From: Jimgerdemannia flammicorona
Lineage: Eukaryota
Direction: 5' to 3'
NCBI GenBank assembly: GCA_003990765.1
Contig: RBNJ01000125.1
Location: 1-40,208, forward strand
Length of the DNA stretch: 40,208 bases
Shown: positions 35,445 through 40,208 of the stretch, piece by piece
How positions within the stretch are numbered: the stretch's first letter is position 1
Layout of the letters: every line of letters starts with the position of its first letter
Program-made: the position numbers and the translations under genes
Notes under the pieces: generated by a model
What the model was told of the DNA's origin: nothing
Databases searched by the model: none
Seen by the model: only the letters and a program-made list of their open reading frames with translations

Positions 35445-38400
35445 ATGTGGAGAGGAGGGCAAAAGCCTGGAAGCTGTATGAAGAGTCGATACATCTGGAG
35501 GTCATGGATGGGAAATGTATCCATACTGACAGGAGGCAGTGGGAGTGGGCCCAGGGACATAAGAAGCAGAGAGAGCTTCTGACAAGTATGAAAGGAGGGG
35601 TGAAAGAGAAGTTGGTTTAGGCTGAGGAGTCTGGAGGCATTGAAGCCAGCATCTGGGCTAGCAAAGGAGGAAAGGAGGTGGAGGTGAATGAGGTAGGGGC
35701 TGGGAAGGCACTGGACAAGAATCTCTATGCTGATGGTACATTCAAAGTTTGGGAGCAGGATTTGGATGGCACCCCCCCCCCCCCCCCCACTTATCAGGAG
35801 AGGCCTGATTGGGAAGAGAGGGGCAGTAGAGGATATGCTGATGTAGGGGGCCCAGCAAGTTCACTTTGGGGTCCCAGATGTAGTGAAAAGGGGCCAGGTG
35901 GTGGCAGTTGGTGAGGACAAGCTGGTGGATGTCTCAGAAGAGAAGTGGGATAAGGCTGCCAGTGTGGGAGCAGATACTACAATGCTGGATGTAGGGCAGC
36001 CAGGGACTCCTAGAGGGAGGGAGGTGGGGAATCTGCTGTAGATGAGTAAGGTGATGGATAACCTTGCAGCTGAGCAGTTGGGAGAAGTTAACCTGCATGT
36101 GATGCTGGAGGAGTATTGGGCATGAATTCTGTGTGGAAATGGGGTAGTGGAGGCATTGAAAGCAGAGATACTTGCGATTTTCAAGGAGGAGGAGAGATAT
36201 GTGGTAGATGTGGTAAGGGAGGCTGAGTTGGTGATTGTTACTGGTGAGCAGGCTGTCTATTGTTGGGCAGAGCATCATGGGTTACAACTCTGGCAGGAGG
36301 TATGCCTAGAATACTGAGAGGACTTCGAGGAAAAGAAGGATGGGGCAATGGTGGAACTTCTGACTAGGTTGGAGGTACAGGCAACTGAAGAGAAGGTACT
36401 GGCTGCAGAACATGACTTGGACTTGGCACAGGAGGAGCTAAATGCAGATTTGTAGAGGGCACAATTGATAAACAATATTATTCCTTATGAACAGTACAAC
36501 TAGTATTTTTTCTCTGAATGTGAATGGGCTATGGAGATTGGGGTGGTATAGGAACATTTTTACTTGACTTAAGAGATTAGAGGCTGATCTCTTCTTACTG
36601 CAGGATGTATGGTATGAGAATGAGGAAGATTAAGTAGAGTGGACTAGAGGGGCTACTGCTTGGAATGGCAAAGTGGTAATTCTGATGAGGAAGGGTAGAG
36701 GGGACTTGGGCAGAATTCAGAGCTGAGGGAACCATTTGGTCTGGGGAGAATGGCACTGACCTGGGTGGGAATTGGTGAGAGTTGGCTTCTGCTACTGCCC
36801 TGTGATTAGGGGTGAGCAGATTGAGTGGATTAGGGATCTGTTGGAGGAGGGTGTTTTCTTAGAGGAAGGTGTTGATGTTCTAAGAGGTGACTTTAATATG
36901 GTGTGGGATCCACAGCTGGATAGAACTGATGGAGGAAGGAGTGCAGGTGGGAGGAGTGGTGGACTGGATAAGTGAGAGGAGGTGGAGAACCTTAGCTCCT
37001 TAGGAGATATGGGCAGAACACAGTGGGGTGACAGGAGGGTCTATATATACTGGGTAAATAGACTGGATACAAGGATTAACTGAATTCTGATGGCTAAATG
37101 TTGGGGTGCTGATGTTTGGAGGACTCTGGAGGTGGAGTGGTGCCCTTGGTCCAATCACTGGGGGCTATTGGGGCAGGGACAGTTTGGGAGGAGTGGAGAT
37201 AGACCCAGATATTGGTGTCTTAACTCCTCTCTGCTGGCTGAGAAGAGGTTGTGGGACCCATGGATAGAGGATGTCCAAGTGAAGATCACTACCTAGATAT
37301 ATGAGGGATCATCTGTAGATGTCTGGTGGAGGAGGTTAAAGGAGGCCACAAGGGTTTATTGGGGAGGAGCTGGTAGGGAGGCTGAGAGATAGAGAAGGAA
37401 GTGAGTACAGTGTACTTCTAATAGGCTGAGTAGATTGCAGATAGAGTGGGCCAAGTTGCTTCATTCTGAAGGAGTAGAGGATTAGAGGTTAGAGCAGGCA
37501 AAATTGAAGGTAATGGAGCTGTAACAAATATTGCGAGCAGAGGAGGAGATTCATATAAAGAAATGGCTGCCAGACTATGATGGCAGGGGCTTGAGGAGGG
37601 AGAGCAGCCCACTAGGTACCTGTTGAGGCTTCTCCAAGCTAGAAGGGTGCACCACTGATGAAATGGGGTCTTGGATGCCGAGAGAGATATGGTGTATGGT
37701 ATGCAGCAGATCTTGGGAGTACTGAAGGGAAAATGGAGGGGTCTGTGAAGTGAGGAGAAAGGGGGAGCTGATGAAGAGGCAATTGAAGACACACTGGAGG
37801 AGTGGGTGCCACTGCAAGTAAAAGAACTAGAGGATTTGATCTTACCAGTCCAAGAGGAGGAGATCCAGAGAGTCCTTGTGGCAACTAAGCTGGAGATGGT
37901 GCCAGGAGAGGATGGGTTACCTTGAGACTTCTGGAAGAAGATGGCAAAGGTTCCTGGAGTGTTAGGAGAGATGGCTGCCCTCTGTGATCATGTTCTTCTT
38001 AATGGAAAGTGGGTTGGCAAGCAGGACTTGGGGCTGGTAGCCTTATTGTATAAAGATAAGAGGACTGGAAGAACTGGAGGCCAATCATGCTTCTGGATAT
38101 AGACAGGAAGATGGTGACTAAGGTGATTATTGTGAGGCTACAGAAGATTGCCCAACAGGTTCCAGGTGAGGAGTAGCGAGACTTTGTAGAAGGCAGACTT
38201 ATCAGGGATGGGACTGCCTGGGTACATGGCATCATTGAGAGGGTCTGGGCTTGCAGACTGGATGGTAGACTGGTCTTTTTGGACCAGGAGAAGGCTTATG
38301 ACCATGTTAGGTGGGTATGGCTAGGCAAGATGCTAGATAGAATTAGTGTTCCCCCAAGGTTTTGGGCTTCTATGCTGAATTTGTTAGAGGGCAGTAGGGC

Positions 38401-40208
38401 TGCACTGTTGTGTAATAGTTACTGGAGTTTGGCATTTCCCTTGGGAAGAGGAGTTCCTCAGGGAGACCCACTGTCTCCCATCCTTTATACCCTTTCATTG
38501 GAACCTTTGATGGATAGAATACATCAGAGAGTGGTAGGGCTCTCTATATATAGTGTGGCGTAGAAGGTGGGGGCTTTTGCAGATGACATGGTAGTTGGAC
38601 TTGGATCAGTAGCAGACATTGAGGCACTCAAGGAGACAGTGGAATAGTATGAGGTGCACTCTGGGGCAAAACTCAACTGGCATAAGTGTGAGACAATAGT
38701 GCTAGAAAATAGGCTGATGGGAGAGGACATCATTGGAACAATTGTTCCTACAAGAGAGGTGGTGTGGTATTTGGGCATCTTCCTGTCTGTGTATGAATCT
38801 GTCTTGTCATGAGTGTAGTGGGAGAGGAGAGTGGCCATTTGGAGAGAGACTCTTAGAGGTTGGGGGGGTCACCATATCTCCCTGGCAGGGTAAGTGTCGA
38901 TTCTGAATGTCTACTGGTTTCCCAAGCTATGGTATGTGGTCTATCACTTAGACTTCCCAGCTTGGGTGGTGAAGAGATTGATGAAACTGGCTAGAGATTG
39001 GATTTGGGCAAGGAGGAGGTCCCAGATCAGTTGGGATATCCTTGCAATACTAGTGGTTAGGGGAGGACTAGGCCTTGTAGATTTCCCTAAGCAGCTGTAC
39101 TGTCTGCAAGCTTGGTGGTTGAAAAGGGCTGTTGAACTATAGGGAGAAGGTTGGGTGCCACTGCTGCAGAAGGTGTGGGAGATGAGGTTCTCCCCTCAGG
39201 GATCCTCAGGAGATTTGCTCTCTCTGGTAGGCCTGACTGGAAGCCAGTAGCTATAGTATAAGGGCTTCTGGTAGAGGGTGATGGATGGAGCACACCAGAT
39301 AGGACTGTGCTAGCAAGGTAATGAGGGGGAGGTGCTGTGGGGTCCAGCTATATAGTGATGGGACAGACTCCTTCTGGGGGGTGTCCTGCTTGCTGAGTTT
39401 GATATTAGTGATAGAGTGGAGTATCAGTGGGGTCTTGGCCAGAATCTTTGGCCAAGTAGTTGGCAGACTATGGGGATTGACAAAGAGTGGGACTGGGCAG
39501 GAGTCTGGTCATGGAGTGCTAAGGTATAGTGGTGGCTTCCTCCTAAGTTCTGGGTGGTATGGTGGTGGATGCTGAGGAGGAATGTCATGTTAAATTTCCA
39601 TGCTGGGTATCTTATGGAGGGTGGCCAGTTAGATTGTGAGGAATGTTATAATGTAGGGCAAGTTGGGGGATTTGTACAGACACCTAAACATTGGCTGGAA
39701 GAGTGTGAGATTCTGGGGGACTTTTGGATAGTAGTAGGGAATCAGCTGGGTGTGGAGAGGAGACCAGATGGAGAGAGAGGTCGCTGGGAGGATTTGAAAT
39801 CTTGGCTAGTGGGTGGTGTGGGCAATGGTTGACTTACTGTAGAGTGGGATTTAGCAGTGTGGGTAGGGCTGACTGGACATTGGCTCTTTTTTTTTGAGGA
39901 GAAACAGCAGATGGGTTTACAGGAGAAGTTGTTAAGGTGGGAGGGGTTGATGGGGGATCTGCTGACTGGGTGGTGGGTAGGTTGGGGTCCCCAGGGTGGT
40001 AAACATCATCATCTGGTGGAAGGAATCTGCAAACAGAGTAGTGGGTAGGTGGAGATAGTATTAGACAAAGTGGTCTTTCATCAAATAGAGATAGGAGAGG
40101 GGAGCCCCCTTAGGGGGATTGGATAGGGTTGGGTATTGTGTATTATTTAGATGATAGATGGTGTTTTAATAAAGGAAGAAGTCTGAGTGACTATAAAAAA
40201 ATAAAAAA
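35445..40208 (+). mobile_element. Second LINE copy, 5'-truncated within ORF1 and more eroded; ORF2 at ~36487-40126; poly(A) at the window end
   Basis: Colinear with ~25270-30044; GDFN, DQEKAYD, GVPQGDPLSP, FADD; AATAAA at 40168 and A-tail from 40195. Confidence 0.93.

Noticed and set aside
35771-35788. Poly(C) tract
   Set aside because: Slippage expansion of the C-rich Pro codons seen at ~25583-25598 in the other LINE copy.

Overview
Eukaryotic (probably fungal, by inference) heterochromatin-like window made almost entirely of nested, C-to-T/G-to-A-eroded retrotransposons; I see no host gene, RNA gene or CRISPR array. There are four Ty3/gypsy-type LTR elements: A (4032-10818, +) and B (13234-23320, +), both complete but pseudogenised; C (23802-35444, -), lacking RT-RH-IN; and D (-), the oldest, split by B and C and probably by A. 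There are also four copies of an L1/Tx1-like LINE: 1-745 (-), 14291-15727 (+), full-length 24150-30044 (+) and 35445-40208 (+). A, B and C carry a dUTPase downstream of the protease. All four LTR elements encode an extra, non-env ORF after integrase with a shared [LI]G-x26/27-xx[KN][RK][VIL]xx[LI][FY] core and usually an acidic tail. This ORF ends before the PPT in C/D, reads through the PPT into U3 in A, and lies inside the LTR in B. The A and C LTRs carry 18-bp-period palindromic repeats in U3. Together these suggest, as a hypothesis only, a self-regulating 'complex' retrotransposon. Coordinates come from by-eye alignment and may be off by a few bases.
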